NCBI GenBank assembly: GCA_041660065.1
Contig: JBAZXC010000001.1
Coordinates: forward strand, 392,535 to 456,534
Origin: Parcubacteria group bacterium
GTDB taxonomy: Bacteria; Patescibacteriota; Minisyncoccia; Moranbacterales; GCA-2747515
Direction: 5' to 3'
DNA: 64,000 bases
This document shows positions 52,038 to 62,119 of this stretch, piece after piece. A program made the translations under genes and the position numbers. The notes beneath the pieces are model-generated. The model did not search any database. It saw only the letters and a program-made list of their open reading frames with translations, and was not told where the DNA came from. Within the stretch, counting starts at the first letter, position 1; every line of letters starts with the position of its first letter.

Positions 52038-52793
52038 TTAATGATGTGCCTCTGTTGCCATCTTGAAAAAAACCAATGTCAACATTGCAAACACAAGCGC
52101 TTGAATAAACCCCACAAAAACCTCCAACAACATAAACGGTATCGGCACGAGCGGTGGCACGAGCGACAACATCACCAAAAGCAAAACTTCTCCCGCAAAT
52201 ACATTGCCAAAAAGACGAAAGGAAAATGAAATGACTTTAGCAAATTCTGAAATGATTTCCAACACACCCACAAAAGTCCCAATACCATACGGTTTTTTAA
52301 GCGGACTGACAAAAAACTTCCCAAGATATCCTCTGAGACCGACAGCACGCACGCCAAAAACCTGCGCCGCAATAACAGCAAAAAGCGCAAGCGTGATCGT
52401 CAAATTCAAATCCGCACTAGGACTGCGCACAAAAGACACGAGTACATTCTCCTCGCCATGCATCTGCTCCACACCAAATGTCCCCATACCAGGGAGAAGT
52501 CCGATCCAATTGGATAAAATGACAAAAATAAAAATCGTGGCAACGATTGGAAAAAATTTCTTACTTTGCGCACGATCCCCTGTCACACTATCAACAAGAT
52601 CCAGAAGTGCCTCCAATACTATTTCAACAATATTTTGAAAGCCACGCGGTACAATAGTCATGCGACGATTCAAAATGTACGACCCTATGATGATCAAGAG
52701 GCTTACGACCATCGTCATAAAAAAAGTATTTGTAATTGGAAAACCCGCAACACTCGTCAATACTTCCGGCACCAATGAAATGTCTATGTCCAT
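52038..52793 (-). CDS. atpB: F0F1 ATP synthase subunit A
   Basis: Polytopic. Conserved arginine-containing helix (SFSFRLFGNVFAGE). Confidence 0.9.
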   Translation of the reverse strand: MDIDISLVPEVLTSVAGFPITNTFFMTMVVSLLIIIGSYILNRRMTIVPRGFQNIVEIVLEALLDLVDSVTGDRAQSKKFFPIVATIFIFVILSNWIGLLPGMGTFGVEQMHGEENVLVSFVRSPSADLNLTITLALFAVIAAQVFGVRAVGLRGYLGKFFVSPLKKPYGIGTFVGVLEIISEFAKVISFSFRLFGNVFAGEVLLLVMLSLVPPLVPIPFMLLEVFVGFIQALVFAMLTLVFFKMATEAHH

Positions 52794-52850
52794 AAAATTT
52801 GTATGTGAATCTTCACCAATTACATGAGACCTGCAAAAAACCGTAACATC

Positions 52851-53081
52851 CTACTGTAGTTGCTTCACTTTTTTGTACACCAGATATGATGACAACATGA
52901 GTGAACCCACGATACCAAGCAGAAGAAATAGCGGTGATGTCCCAAAATGGATGTCCAGATATCTCCCGCCAAAAGAAAACCCAACAGCTGGGATAGCGAT
53001 CATATACCCTATTTCAAAAACTAACGACAGCGCAATAAACGTGCTGCCTTCTGCGGTTTTTTGTCCTTTATTTTTCAACAT
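52851..53081 (-). CDS. AtpZ/AtpI-family small membrane protein
   Basis: 76 aa with two TM helices. Immediately upstream of atpB. Confidence 0.6.
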   Translation of the reverse strand: MLKNKGQKTAEGSTFIALSLVFEIGYMIAIPAVGFSFGGRYLDIHFGTSPLFLLLGIVGSLMLSSYLVYKKVKQLQ

Positions 53082-53196
53082 ATTTAATATTACCGCTACT
53101 TTTTTGAATTGTCAATATTTTTTAAATAGTTCTACCATCCCCAGCACCGTCAAAAAATCCTATTGTCATATATATGACAATAGGATTTTTCATTCT

Positions 53197-54552
53197 TTAG
53201 AAAAACTTTGTCACATCACGAATCGTGATCACTGCCATCAGGACCAATAATGCAATAAAAAATGCAGAATGCATGATTCCTTCAATGCGCTGATTAACCG
53301 GTTTCCCTTTGATTTTTTCAATGATCAAAAACAAAATTCTCCCGCCGTCAAGCGCAGGAATTGGCAGGATATTGATGATGCCCAGGTTCACACTCAAAAT
53401 TGCGGCAAATTGCAAAAGATATGCGAGTCCCATATCACGCATTTGTTGTGTCATCATTGCAATTCCCACCGGACCGGCAATTTCTGCATGCACTCCCCCA
53501 CCCGCAAAAATTGAAACAATGAGCGCACCAAACGCAGAGAGGATCATGATCGTCAAGCTGATCACGCGCATAAGACTCTCCCACAACGCCGCATACCACG
53601 CATACCGCACGATGGTAATATCAGCCAAACTCACACCGATCATTCCTTTTCCGTTTTGGTTTTTTGGCGTCATAGAAAGAGAAATATCCTCTTTTCCGCG
53701 AAGAATATGCACGATGATCTCTTGATCCGCATGACTGCTGACAAACTTTTGAAATTCTCCACTATTTTCAATGGTGCTACAGACATCATTCTCACACAAA
53801 GAAACAATTTTATCTCCGATCTTTATGCCGGTTGCACTTGCAACAGAATCCTCCTGCACGCTCTCGATCATTACCGTCGGTAGAGAAAGTGTTGTGATCT
53901 TTTTTATTTTTTGTGCCGTGTCAAAATTGATTTGTCCAAAAAGTACGCTTTTTCCACCGGATGTTCGCATGACATACCCCTCCTTTATATGTGAAAAATC
54001 ATATGTATCCTCATTGTGCCGTGAAAAAATCTCAATGCCGAAAGGACTAAATGAAAAATCTCCCATATTATCATTAAGCGGTTCTGGTGCACCGATCATG
54101 AGCACAATGCTAATCAATACCCACGCAAGCACAAAATTCATCATAACGCCCGCAACAAGGATCTTGAAACGCGCCCAAATGGATTGGACCGAAAAGCTAT
54201 CAGGATCCGTTGCCATGCGAATATACTCTTTATCTGCTTCTGTCAATTTGTCAAAATTTTTAACATCTTTTTCATCCACAGGATTTTCTCCCTTGATCCG
54301 CACAAAACCCCCTAGAGGAATTGCATTAATCGAATACAAGGTCTTTTCTCCGTAATATTCCTGATTACCGAAAATAATTTTTTTCTTTTTTGTAGATGGA
54401 TTTTCTACGATACCAATAATACGTGGCGGAAAACCAAAACCAAACTCATGTGCAGTCACGCCGTTTCGCCTCGCTGTAAGAAAGTGCCCAAGTTCATGTA
54501 CAAAAATCAAAAGACCCAAAATCAGCCCAAAAATAATGATTGTTACAAACAT
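53197..54552 (-). CDS. rseP: RIP metalloprotease RseP (site-2 protease, M50 with PDZ)
   Basis: HELGHFLTARRNGV HExxH in TM1. PDZ region. C-terminal LDGG. Confidence 0.85.
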   Translation of the reverse strand: MFVTIIIFGLILGLLIFVHELGHFLTARRNGVTAHEFGFGFPPRIIGIVENPSTKKKKIIFGNQEYYGEKTLYSINAIPLGGFVRIKGENPVDEKDVKNFDKLTEADKEYIRMATDPDSFSVQSIWARFKILVAGVMMNFVLAWVLISIVLMIGAPEPLNDNMGDFSFSPFGIEIFSRHNEDTYDFSHIKEGYVMRTSGGKSVLFGQINFDTAQKIKKITTLSLPTVMIESVQEDSVASATGIKIGDKIVSLCENDVCSTIENSGEFQKFVSSHADQEIIVHILRGKEDISLSMTPKNQNGKGMIGVSLADITIVRYAWYAALWESLMRVISLTIMILSAFGALIVSIFAGGGVHAEIAGPVGIAMMTQQMRDMGLAYLLQFAAILSVNLGIINILPIPALDGGRILFLIIEKIKGKPVNQRIEGIMHSAFFIALLVLMAVITIRDVTKFF

Positions 54553-54570
54553 AGTAATATATATTTCAAT

Positions 54571-55128
54571 TTAAATAGTCATAATCTCCTGCTCTTTCTT
54601 TTTGCGAATTTCTTCGATTGTCTTATTGTACGCATCAACCACCTCTTGCAATTCGTCTTTACCAATAAACTTTTCATCTTCTGTGATCTCACCGGACTTC
54701 TCCTGTTTTTGAATATCTTTCCACGCATCTTCCCGTACGGTGCGCACGCCAACACGCGCCTCTTCCGCTTTTTGATTGAGCACTTTTACGAGACTTTTAC
54801 GATTTTCCTCTGTCATCGGCGGAAATGATAGTCGCGTTGCAATACCGTCATTAGACACATTTGCGCCAACGTCAGCAATTACAATCGCCTTTTCTATCGC
54901 CTGCAAATTCGAGCGATCCCACGGCTGCACAAGCAACTGACGAGCCTCCGGCACAGAAATGTTTGCAATTTGTTTGACCGGCGTTGCCGTACCATAACAA
55001 TCCACCATGATATTTTCCACAATTCCCGGATTAGCCCTTCCTGTGCGAATTTTTGTAGTCTCCCCCTCAAAATGCTCGATCACATCTTTTAATTCCTCCT
55101 TATGCAAAGCAATGATTTCTTTATACAT
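54571..55128 (-). CDS. frr: ribosome recycling factor
   Basis: IRTGRANPGIVENIMVDCYG. Confidence 0.9.
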   Translation of the reverse strand: MYKEIIALHKEELKDVIEHFEGETTKIRTGRANPGIVENIMVDCYGTATPVKQIANISVPEARQLLVQPWDRSNLQAIEKAIVIADVGANVSNDGIATRLSFPPMTEENRKSLVKVLNQKAEEARVGVRTVREDAWKDIQKQEKSGEITEDEKFIGKDELQEVVDAYNKTIEEIRKKKEQEIMTI

Positions 55129-55142
55129 ACTATTTTTTATGA

Positions 55143-56204
55143 TTAATTAGCTGCTTTTCTCAAACCGATATATACAACATTTGGATCGATCGGATCATGC
55201 CTGATCACGTCCACAACACGTTCACTTGTCGTATCCGTAATTGCCCATCCGCCCGGCACGCTGGTATAAACCGCCTTCGCAGCAGCATATACCAACTGAT
55301 TTGGATCATGCGGACTCACCTTAATCGCATGAATAGGAATGCCGATCGTACTCGCAATCACATCAACACTTGTCCATGACAATCCATAATCCGCAGATCG
55401 GAAGACACCTTGATCAGTACCGACAAAAATCACACCGGACACTGCCGGACTTACTGCTATAGAAAATAGATTACCATCATATACCCCCTCAACATCTCTT
55501 ACGCGCTTCAGATCACCAATGCTTTCAAACGTCGTACCTCCATCCCGCGTCCGCACAATGTCATCATTGCTCACAAGTGCATATAGCGTATTGAGGTCGC
55601 TGGCATCGATCAACAGATCATTGATGATACTGTTTGCATGATAAAGATTTTCCCAACTCTCGCCACCGTTTCCTGTGCGTGCAATTGTTCCGCCACTCGT
55701 GCCAATATATACAATATTACCATTTGTCAGTGATGTGATCATTGATGTAATATTTGTTCCATCTTCCGGTTCTACATATACCCGTCGCCAATTCACACCA
55801 CCATCATCAGTGAGGATCACACTTCCGCGACCATTATACATCCCGCTAACATATATTCTTTGTGTATTTATAGGGCTGATCGCAACATTGGTGATATCGC
55901 TCAAACCAACATCGATTTGTTTCCACGACAATGCTCCATCCATACTGACATATACCCCGCTACGGTCTGTGCCGATATATACCGTACTATTATTTACAGG
56001 ATCGATCGCCATGGATAAAACATTTGTCCGTGCAAGAGAATTTTTCTCATCAATTGTCACACGCGATTCAAACGTCTTGCCCGCATCCACGCTCTTCATG
56101 ACGCCACCTGTTGTACTACTGCTTCCGCCAAGAGTACACCCAAAAAGCATCATGATTCCAGCAATCAAAATTGTCATTAAAAAATATCTCATATATACAA
56201 TCAT
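55143..56204 (-). CDS. beta-propeller repeat protein (BNR/Ycf48-like), probable lipoprotein
   Basis: LFGC lipobox. Repeated S/TxDxGxTW-like blades (SMDGALSW, TDDGGVNW, TGNGGESW, TRDGGTTF, SADYGLSW). Confidence 0.55.
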   Translation of the reverse strand: MIVYMRYFLMTILIAGIMMLFGCTLGGSSSTTGGVMKSVDAGKTFESRVTIDEKNSLARTNVLSMAIDPVNNSTVYIGTDRSGVYVSMDGALSWKQIDVGLSDITNVAISPINTQRIYVSGMYNGRGSVILTDDGGVNWRRVYVEPEDGTNITSMITSLTNGNIVYIGTSGGTIARTGNGGESWENLYHANSIINDLLIDASDLNTLYALVSNDDIVRTRDGGTTFESIGDLKRVRDVEGVYDGNLFSIAVSPAVSGVIFVGTDQGVFRSADYGLSWTSVDVIASTIGIPIHAIKVSPHDPNQLVYAAAKAVYTSVPGGWAITDTTSERVVDVIRHDPIDPNVVYIGLRKAAN

Positions 56205-56287
56205 ACAACATCACACGAAAAAAAACCACTGTTGACACACCGCTCATTCTTCTATATAATCAACACTGTTATTATGTATTATTGCGC

Positions 56288-56360
56288 GGGCGCATAGCTC
56301 AGTCGGTAGAGCAACTCCCTTTTAAGGAGATGGTCGGGGGTCCGAATCCCTCTGCGCCCA
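56288..56360 (+). tRNA. tRNA-Lys (anticodon TTT)
   Basis: GGGCGCA acceptor. Anticodon loop CUUUUAA. T-loop TCCGAAT. Confidence 0.8.
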
Positions 56361-56416
56361 CAACAGCAGTCTCTCGATCATATCGCGGTGGCTGTTTTAT
56401 TTTGCTTTGATAAGCG

Positions 56417-56869
56417 TTATCTTTTTATAAATAGGATCACAAAGATGAGCGGTGCAACGGCAAAATAAAAGATATAATCTATGAACACTTGCCACACCTC
56501 TTTTGTCATAAAAAAACTTATCAAAGAAAAAGGAAGAAAATAACAAAATAGTGCAGAAAGATAAAAAACTGTCAGTACGGTCAAAACAAAAGCCTGATAG
56601 CTAAACCGTCCCGTCATCCACTCTCCCGTATCAAAAAGTCGCCATTTTTCCACCAAAGCAAGCCCCAACATGAGTGCTGTAAAAAAAATGACATCTGCGT
56701 ACGGATTGAATGCAAATTTGTCCGGCATTAGCAAAACAAGGGCATAGGCAACGTAACTCGCCATAAGAAAACGGGATGCCCAGACAACCTGAACAACTGG
56801 CGCAAGGACAACGCCAATAGCTACAATAATTCCAATGATCATCCATGAGTTTGTTGAAAAAAAATCCAT
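56417..56869 (-). CDS. hypothetical polytopic membrane protein
   Basis: 150 aa with 4 or more TM helices. Confidence 0.4.
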   Translation of the reverse strand: MDFFSTNSWMIIGIIVAIGVVLAPVVQVVWASRFLMASYVAYALVLLMPDKFAFNPYADVIFFTALMLGLALVEKWRLFDTGEWMTGRFSYQAFVLTVLTVFYLSALFCYFLPFSLISFFMTKEVWQVFIDYIFYFAVAPLIFVILFIKR

Positions 56870-56979
56870 ACGTTTTTATATTATTGAGGGACTACATCAT
56901 TATACATCACTTTATGGTTGATTTGTAGTATAATGTATACTATACTGGTAATTCAACATCATTTATTGTTATATTTGTT

Positions 56980-58443
56980 ATGAAAACCCCTATTTCACGA
57001 CGTATTTTCTTTTGGATCCTTTTTGTTTCCTATTTTGTCACAACAGCATCCGTGCTTTTCTTTGTCTTTGGCTATCGCCATGATTTTGCACAAAAGATAT
57101 TTGTGCACACAGGTTCGATCACGGTAAAAGCGAACCCCAAAACCATTTCCGTATATGTAGACGACCGCGCACCTCAATCGAAACTGATCAATGTCATCAA
57201 TGATTCTTACTACATTAGTGGCATCCGCCCAAAAACACACACCCTAAAAGTTTCTGCCGAAGGATTTAGAACATGGGAAAAATCAGCCATTGTACATAGT
57301 GGCCTCTCCACAGAATTTTGGAACATTACACTGTTGCGCAACGCTTATGAACCAACAAGCTATGCTATTTCTGATATCGATCAATTTTTTCCTGCTCCGG
57401 ATGAAAATCTCTTTGCCTGTTCAAAACAAATTGGCAAAGTGCAAACTGTCCACATTTTCGATGCAAAAAAAGATGAAACCACAAATACCTTTCTTTTTAT
57501 GCAAAAAAAATTCACAGCAAATACACGTGAAAATATCGAGTGGTCACCAAACAGTCATGAGCTGATTATTCCTCTTGAAGATATTGAAAATTCCTCCAAC
57601 AAGGACTATGCGATCGCTTATAGTAAAACGAATGACTCATTTCTCCTCTCGGAAAAAATCTCTCTTGGTCAGTTACAATCGGTACGCTGGGATCCCAAAG
57701 ATCGCAACGCTCTTTTTTTCCTTGCTCAAAATAAGTTATGGCGAGCACAAATAGATGACGAGAATACTGTCGTTCCGGAAATTGTTGCCGACCGCGTACT
57801 CGCTTATGACTTTACCGATGACGGTCTCTATGTGTTTACAAATGAATACGCTGTGCTTCATGACCGAGATATCAATGGAAAAAATTTGGAACAAATCACT
57901 GCTTTTGATATTCTACAAGGAGCAACAAGCATTCGCCTTGACGCTTATGATACACATCGCATTGCCGTTTTGGATGACACGAATAAAACTGTATACATAT
58001 ATAACAAGGGCGAGCGCAATATTTACAATAAGAAAATCGGATCGGATATTATTGGCGCAAATTTCTCAGATGATGGGAAAAAATTGTTGTTTTATTCTCC
58101 TTTTGAGATCTTTGTCTATTTCACACGTGATTGGGATGCACAACCTGTACGACAAGAGGATGATGCGCACTCCATTGTACGATTTTCACAATTTATCAAT
58201 AATGTACATTTTGCGAAAGATTATGAACACGTCATTTTTACAATCAACAATGATATTAAAATTACCGAACTAGACTATCGTGGCAGTCGTATCACAGACA
58301 CAATTATCTCACTCAATGAAAAAGAAACCAAAGTGATCGACAAGCAAAAAATGGATCGACTTTATTTCATTGATTCTTATGACACAGTCAGACGAGGATT
58401 GCGCTCGATCGAATTTCCCGAAAAAGAAAGTCTTATATTCTAA
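56980..58443 (+). CDS. hypothetical membrane-anchored protein with PEGA-like and beta-propeller-like regions
   Basis: N-terminal TM. The KTHTLKVSAEGFRTWEK segment is PEGA-like. The rest is beta-rich. Confidence 0.4.
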   Translation: MKTPISRRIFFWILFVSYFVTTASVLFFVFGYRHDFAQKIFVHTGSITVKANPKTISVYVDDRAPQSKLINVINDSYYISGIRPKTHTLKVSAEGFRTWEKSAIVHSGLSTEFWNITLLRNAYEPTSYAISDIDQFFPAPDENLFACSKQIGKVQTVHIFDAKKDETTNTFLFMQKKFTANTRENIEWSPNSHELIIPLEDIENSSNKDYAIAYSKTNDSFLLSEKISLGQLQSVRWDPKDRNALFFLAQNKLWRAQIDDENTVVPEIVADRVLAYDFTDDGLYVFTNEYAVLHDRDINGKNLEQITAFDILQGATSIRLDAYDTHRIAVLDDTNKTVYIYNKGERNIYNKKIGSDIIGANFSDDGKKLLFYSPFEIFVYFTRDWDAQPVRQEDDAHSIVRFSQFINNVHFAKDYEHVIFTINNDIKITELDYRGSRITDTIISLNEKETKVIDKQKMDRLYFIDSYDTVRRGLRSIEFPEKESLIF

Positions 58444-58460
58444 ATAATTCAAAAGGAAAA

Positions 58461-58490
58461 CACATCCTCAAGGGATGTGTTTTTTTATGA
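58461..58490 (+). terminator. rho-independent terminator
   Basis: acacatcctcaagggatgtgt followed by ttttttt. Confidence 0.65.
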
Positions 58491-58508
58491 ACAACTCGCC
58501 GTGGCGAG

Positions 58509-58551
58509 CTTGAACATCGGACATCGTCATTACCCGCCGCGACGGGCGCGC
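58509..58551 (-). pseudogene. tRNA-Ile-derived 3' fragment
   Basis: Matches the 3' part of the pseudo-tRNA-Ile (GCGCGCCCGYCGCGGCGGGTAATGACGAKGTCCGAKGTTCAAG) with substitutions. Confidence 0.5.
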
Positions 58552-58579
58552 TTTGGTTAGCGATTTATTTAAAAATGTG

Positions 58580-58653
58580 TGGGCGATCGAGGACTTGAAC
58601 CTCGGACCTCGTCATTATCAGTGACGCGCTCTAACCACCTGAGCTAATCGCCC
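58580..58653 (-). tRNA. tRNA-Ile (anticodon GAT)
   Basis: GGGCGAT acceptor. Anticodon stem CGTCA/TGACG with loop CUGAUAA. T-loop TTCAAGT. Confidence 0.8.
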
Positions 58654-58680
58654 TTATACTTTTATTCTTTTCTTTCTCCA

Positions 58681-58774
58681 GCGATCGAGGACTTGAACCT
58701 CGGACCTCGTCATTACCCGCCGCGGCGGGCGCGCTCCCTGCCTACCGGCAGGTAACCACCTGAGCTAATCGCCC
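58681..58774 (-). pseudogene. tRNA-Ile pseudo-copy with 16-nt GC palindrome in D-loop and 14-nt GC palindrome replacing anticodon 5' stem/loop
   Basis: GGGCGATTAGCTCAGGTGGTTA, then the insert [CCTGCCGGTAGGCAGG], then GAGCG, then [CGCCCGCCGCGGCGGG], then TAATGACG..., with the 3' acceptor truncated. Confidence 0.65.
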
Positions 58775-58873
58775 GTTAATAAGTAAAAAGTCAAAAGTAT
58801 AAAGTAAAAAGATTTTTTGCAAAACATCCTTCTCAATTTTTTACTTTTAATTTTTGACTTATAACTTATTTTG

Positions 58874-58946
58874 TGGACCGGACAGGACTCGAACCCGCCA
58901 CTTCCTCAGTGCAAGTGAGGCGCTCTACCAGATGAGCTACCGGCCC
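58874..58946 (-). tRNA. tRNA-Ala (anticodon TGC)
   Basis: G3-U70 identity pair. Anticodon loop CUUGCAC. T-loop TTCGAGT. Confidence 0.75.
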
Positions 58947-59150
58947 AAACTTATGCTATATTTTCAAACAATCATCAAAAATGTGTTCTGCAAAACCACA
59001 ATGATGACCACTACCCATCCACCTTTTGCGGAATCCGCTAAGTCCATACGTGTTACGGACGACTTCATATCACAGTGGCTATTATATCAATAAATAAAAA
59101 ATAACGCAAGGATCCATTATGACTCACGCTTGAATTAGTTCCCGCCCCGT

Positions 59151-60548
59151 CTACAAAGACATCACGACTGTTCTAAATTGATTACCTCGATCAAATTCAT
59201 TGGCAAACACACCAAAGCTTGCAGCTCCAGGCGACAGGAGAACGACGTCCCCTTTTTGTGCACCCATCGATGCAATTTCCACAGCCTTATCCATTGCATC
59301 CACGATCTCAAAGGAAATCTTGCCTTTATCACCACTCAGCTCCTTTTTGATCAATCGCACAATCTTTTCTGTGGCATCCCCTTTTATGAAAACGACACCT
59401 TTCACTTTTTCTACAATCGCTTTTGCAAATTCCGTATACTCTAAATTTTTGTCCGCACCGCCTGCGATGAGAATGATCGGCTCAGTGAATGAATTGAGTG
59501 CTGCAATCGCAGATTGTGGATTTGTAGCTGCGGTGTCGTTATAATATTTTACACCCTTTTTCTCATCCACAAGCTCTAGGCGATGTGCAATACCACGAAA
59601 GTTTTTTACCGCTGAAACAATCGTTTTTGATGGTACGCCATAAGCAATTGTCGCTGCCATGGCGCACATAACGTTGTTGATATTGTGTGTACCGCGCAAG
59701 GGACTTTCTTTCACAGACATAACGGGGGAAATATCAATACCATCGTTGATATAAATCTCATCCTTTTCGCAAAACACGCTACGCCCACCGGAAATATGGT
59801 GTGATGCAACCATCATCACATGTCCTTTTGCTTCACGACAAAGACTGCCGACTGTGGCATCGTCCTTATTACAAATAAACCAATCTTGCGGTTTCTGATG
59901 AATAAAAATATTTTTTTTATCAAAAAGATAATCTTCCATTGATCGATAGTAATTCATATGATCTGGAAAAAAATTCGTAAAAACACCAATGTGCGGACTA
60001 ATTTCGGATTTTGTCAGTCCGGACAGACGCCAACTCGATAACTCAAAAACGACAACGGAATTCTTTTTAACCAGCTTTAACCGATCAAGAACCGGCATTT
60101 GTCCAATGCCGATTTTAATCGGATTTTTATTTGCTTTTTTCAATATATGATGAATCAAGTGTGATGTTGTTGTTTTGCCTTTTGTGCCCGTAATCCCGAT
60201 GATCGGCGCTTTGCATAATTTAAAAAACAAACTGGAATCAACTTCAACAGAAATACCTTCCTTCATAGCAAGTACCACATGCTTGTTCGTCCATTGTGCC
60301 TGTGGCGTCTTGATCACCATGTCAACCTTGGTGAAGTCCTCTCGTCGATGTTGTCCCAAAACATACTCAACATTTTTCAAGTCTTTCATTTGCTCCAATG
60401 AATGTGCCAATTGCTCTTTATTTTTGATATCGGTTGCAATCACTTTTGCACCATTTTCCACCAAAAAACGAATCGTCCCAACTCCTCCACCGAGCAGTCC
60501 AATGCCAAAAACTGTCACTCTTTTCCCTTTAAACCATTTTACATCCAT
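59151..60548 (-). CDS. murD: UDP-N-acetylmuramoylalanine--D-glutamate ligase
   Basis: N-terminal Rossmann (VFGIGLLGGG), GITGTKGKTTT P-loop and Mur ligase domains. Confidence 0.85.
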   Translation of the reverse strand: MDVKWFKGKRVTVFGIGLLGGGVGTIRFLVENGAKVIATDIKNKEQLAHSLEQMKDLKNVEYVLGQHRREDFTKVDMVIKTPQAQWTNKHVVLAMKEGISVEVDSSLFFKLCKAPIIGITGTKGKTTTSHLIHHILKKANKNPIKIGIGQMPVLDRLKLVKKNSVVVFELSSWRLSGLTKSEISPHIGVFTNFFPDHMNYYRSMEDYLFDKKNIFIHQKPQDWFICNKDDATVGSLCREAKGHVMMVASHHISGGRSVFCEKDEIYINDGIDISPVMSVKESPLRGTHNINNVMCAMAATIAYGVPSKTIVSAVKNFRGIAHRLELVDEKKGVKYYNDTAATNPQSAIAALNSFTEPIILIAGGADKNLEYTEFAKAIVEKVKGVVFIKGDATEKIVRLIKKELSGDKGKISFEIVDAMDKAVEIASMGAQKGDVVLLSPGAASFGVFANEFDRGNQFRTVVMSL

Positions 60549-60555
60549 ACACGCA

Positions 60556-62106
60556 TCATTTTTTAATTATTTCACCAGACCGTACGCCTGTATACTTACC
60601 ATATTTAACCGCAATTTGTCCATTAATGATCGACCATCGAACACCTTGTGCATAATGATATACATATACTTGTTCCACATGGTCAGCGAACTCCTTCGGA
60701 TCGATAATGACAATATCCGCTTTCATATTGTTTGCAATCTTTCCCCGATCACGCAAGCCAAGCTCTTGCGCTACTTTATATGTGCATTTATTGATCATCG
60801 TTTCAATATCGCACACGCCTTGTTGTTGTACATATTGTGCAAATACTCGCGGAAAAGCACCGAATGAACGGGGGTGCTCAATATTCTCATTTCTTTTGGT
60901 AATCGTCAAGCCCATGCCATTTGATGATATAACGGAGTTTTTGCTACGAATACCTCGTGCAATATTTTCTTCACTGATACTCTCACAAAACACAACGACT
61001 TGACCATCCGATGCCAGTAGAACATCCATAACGGCTTCGTTAACACTGTTGCCTTGTTTTTTTGCAATATCGCGAAATGTTTTTCCGCAATAGTAATGCG
61101 ACCGTTGCGTTTCTGCAACAACAACATCGGAGAGATCATATCCATTATTCATTTCGGACACAACGCGTTCACGAATTTTTTTATTGCGCAATCGTTCCAG
61201 CATCATCCGGCGTCCACCTTCACTCACCCACTCCGGCAAAAAAGTATACAGAACGGTTGCCGAAAATGTATATGGATAAATATCAAAAACAACCGGTGTT
61301 TTTTCGATTTTTTCAATTAGTTTTTCCATAAGTGACCAGTTTTTCTTTTGCATGACTTTGAGATGCGAGATGTGCGTGCGTGCGTGCGACACATTTTGAA
61401 CATCCAACACCTCATCAACCGCTTCGAGAATACGCTCTCCTTCATCCCTCAAATGCGCAACAAACAATCCTCCATTTTCCGCAACAATATTTCCAATCAT
61501 CATCAGTTCCTCTTTTGTTACTTTCTTTTCATGCGAATACACCAACCCTGTCGAAACACCCAGAGCACCTTGTTGTATGCTTTCTGTAATGTGTTTTTTG
61601 ATCGATACCAATTCCGTATCAGTAAGTGTGCGTGATACATCACCGGTAATCCCTCGTCGCAAAGTTCCATAGCCGACAAATGTGCCAAAATTCACCGCGA
61701 GATTTCGCTTTTCGATCACGGCAAGAAAATCTTCCATGCTTTGCCAATCGATATTGATACTGCTTACATCATGCCATTTGCGCAATGCCTGCATCATTTC
61801 TTCGTTATAGATCGGCGCCAACGATGTGCCGGAATTCCCTCCAATGATTGTCGTGACGCCTTGATAGATCATACTCTCCATCTGCGGATCCAAAAACAAT
61901 CGCCATCGCGTATCCGATCGGTTGGAAATATCAATGAACCCCGGCACAACGGTCAATTCACTCGCATCAATGACCTCTCGCGCTTGATCACCTGTGAGAT
62001 CGCCGATTTCCGTAATCATACCACCATTGATCGCGACATCTTTTTTTTCTCCCTTTGCACCTGTGCCATCCACAACAGTGCCATTTTTGATCAAAATATC
62101 ATGCAT
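60556..62106 (-). CDS. N-acyl-D-amino-acid deacylase family amidohydrolase
   Basis: N-terminal IKNGTVVDGTG. Metal-dependent amidohydrolase fold. About 516 aa, as in D-aminoacylases. Confidence 0.65.
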   Translation of the reverse strand: MHDILIKNGTVVDGTGAKGEKKDVAINGGMITEIGDLTGDQAREVIDASELTVVPGFIDISNRSDTRWRLFLDPQMESMIYQGVTTIIGGNSGTSLAPIYNEEMMQALRKWHDVSSINIDWQSMEDFLAVIEKRNLAVNFGTFVGYGTLRRGITGDVSRTLTDTELVSIKKHITESIQQGALGVSTGLVYSHEKKVTKEELMMIGNIVAENGGLFVAHLRDEGERILEAVDEVLDVQNVSHARTHISHLKVMQKKNWSLMEKLIEKIEKTPVVFDIYPYTFSATVLYTFLPEWVSEGGRRMMLERLRNKKIRERVVSEMNNGYDLSDVVVAETQRSHYYCGKTFRDIAKKQGNSVNEAVMDVLLASDGQVVVFCESISEENIARGIRSKNSVISSNGMGLTITKRNENIEHPRSFGAFPRVFAQYVQQQGVCDIETMINKCTYKVAQELGLRDRGKIANNMKADIVIIDPKEFADHVEQVYVYHYAQGVRWSIINGQIAVKYGKYTGVRSGEIIKK

Positions 62107-62119
62107 ACTTTTATTTTAT

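Noticed and set aside
56171-56410. 79-aa ORF on plus strand
   Set aside because: It fully contains tRNA-Lys. Spurious.
58854-59093. 79-aa ORF on plus strand
   Set aside because: It overlaps tRNA-Ala on the opposite strand and has low-complexity composition. Spurious.
58440-59150. rRNA operon expected around the tRNA-Ile/tRNA-Ala pair
   Set aside because: The Ile-Ala pair normally sits in the 16S-23S spacer. But the flanking sequence shows no 16S 3' end (no CCTCC anti-SD context) and no 23S start. Protein genes abut on both sides, so the tRNAs are free-standing here.
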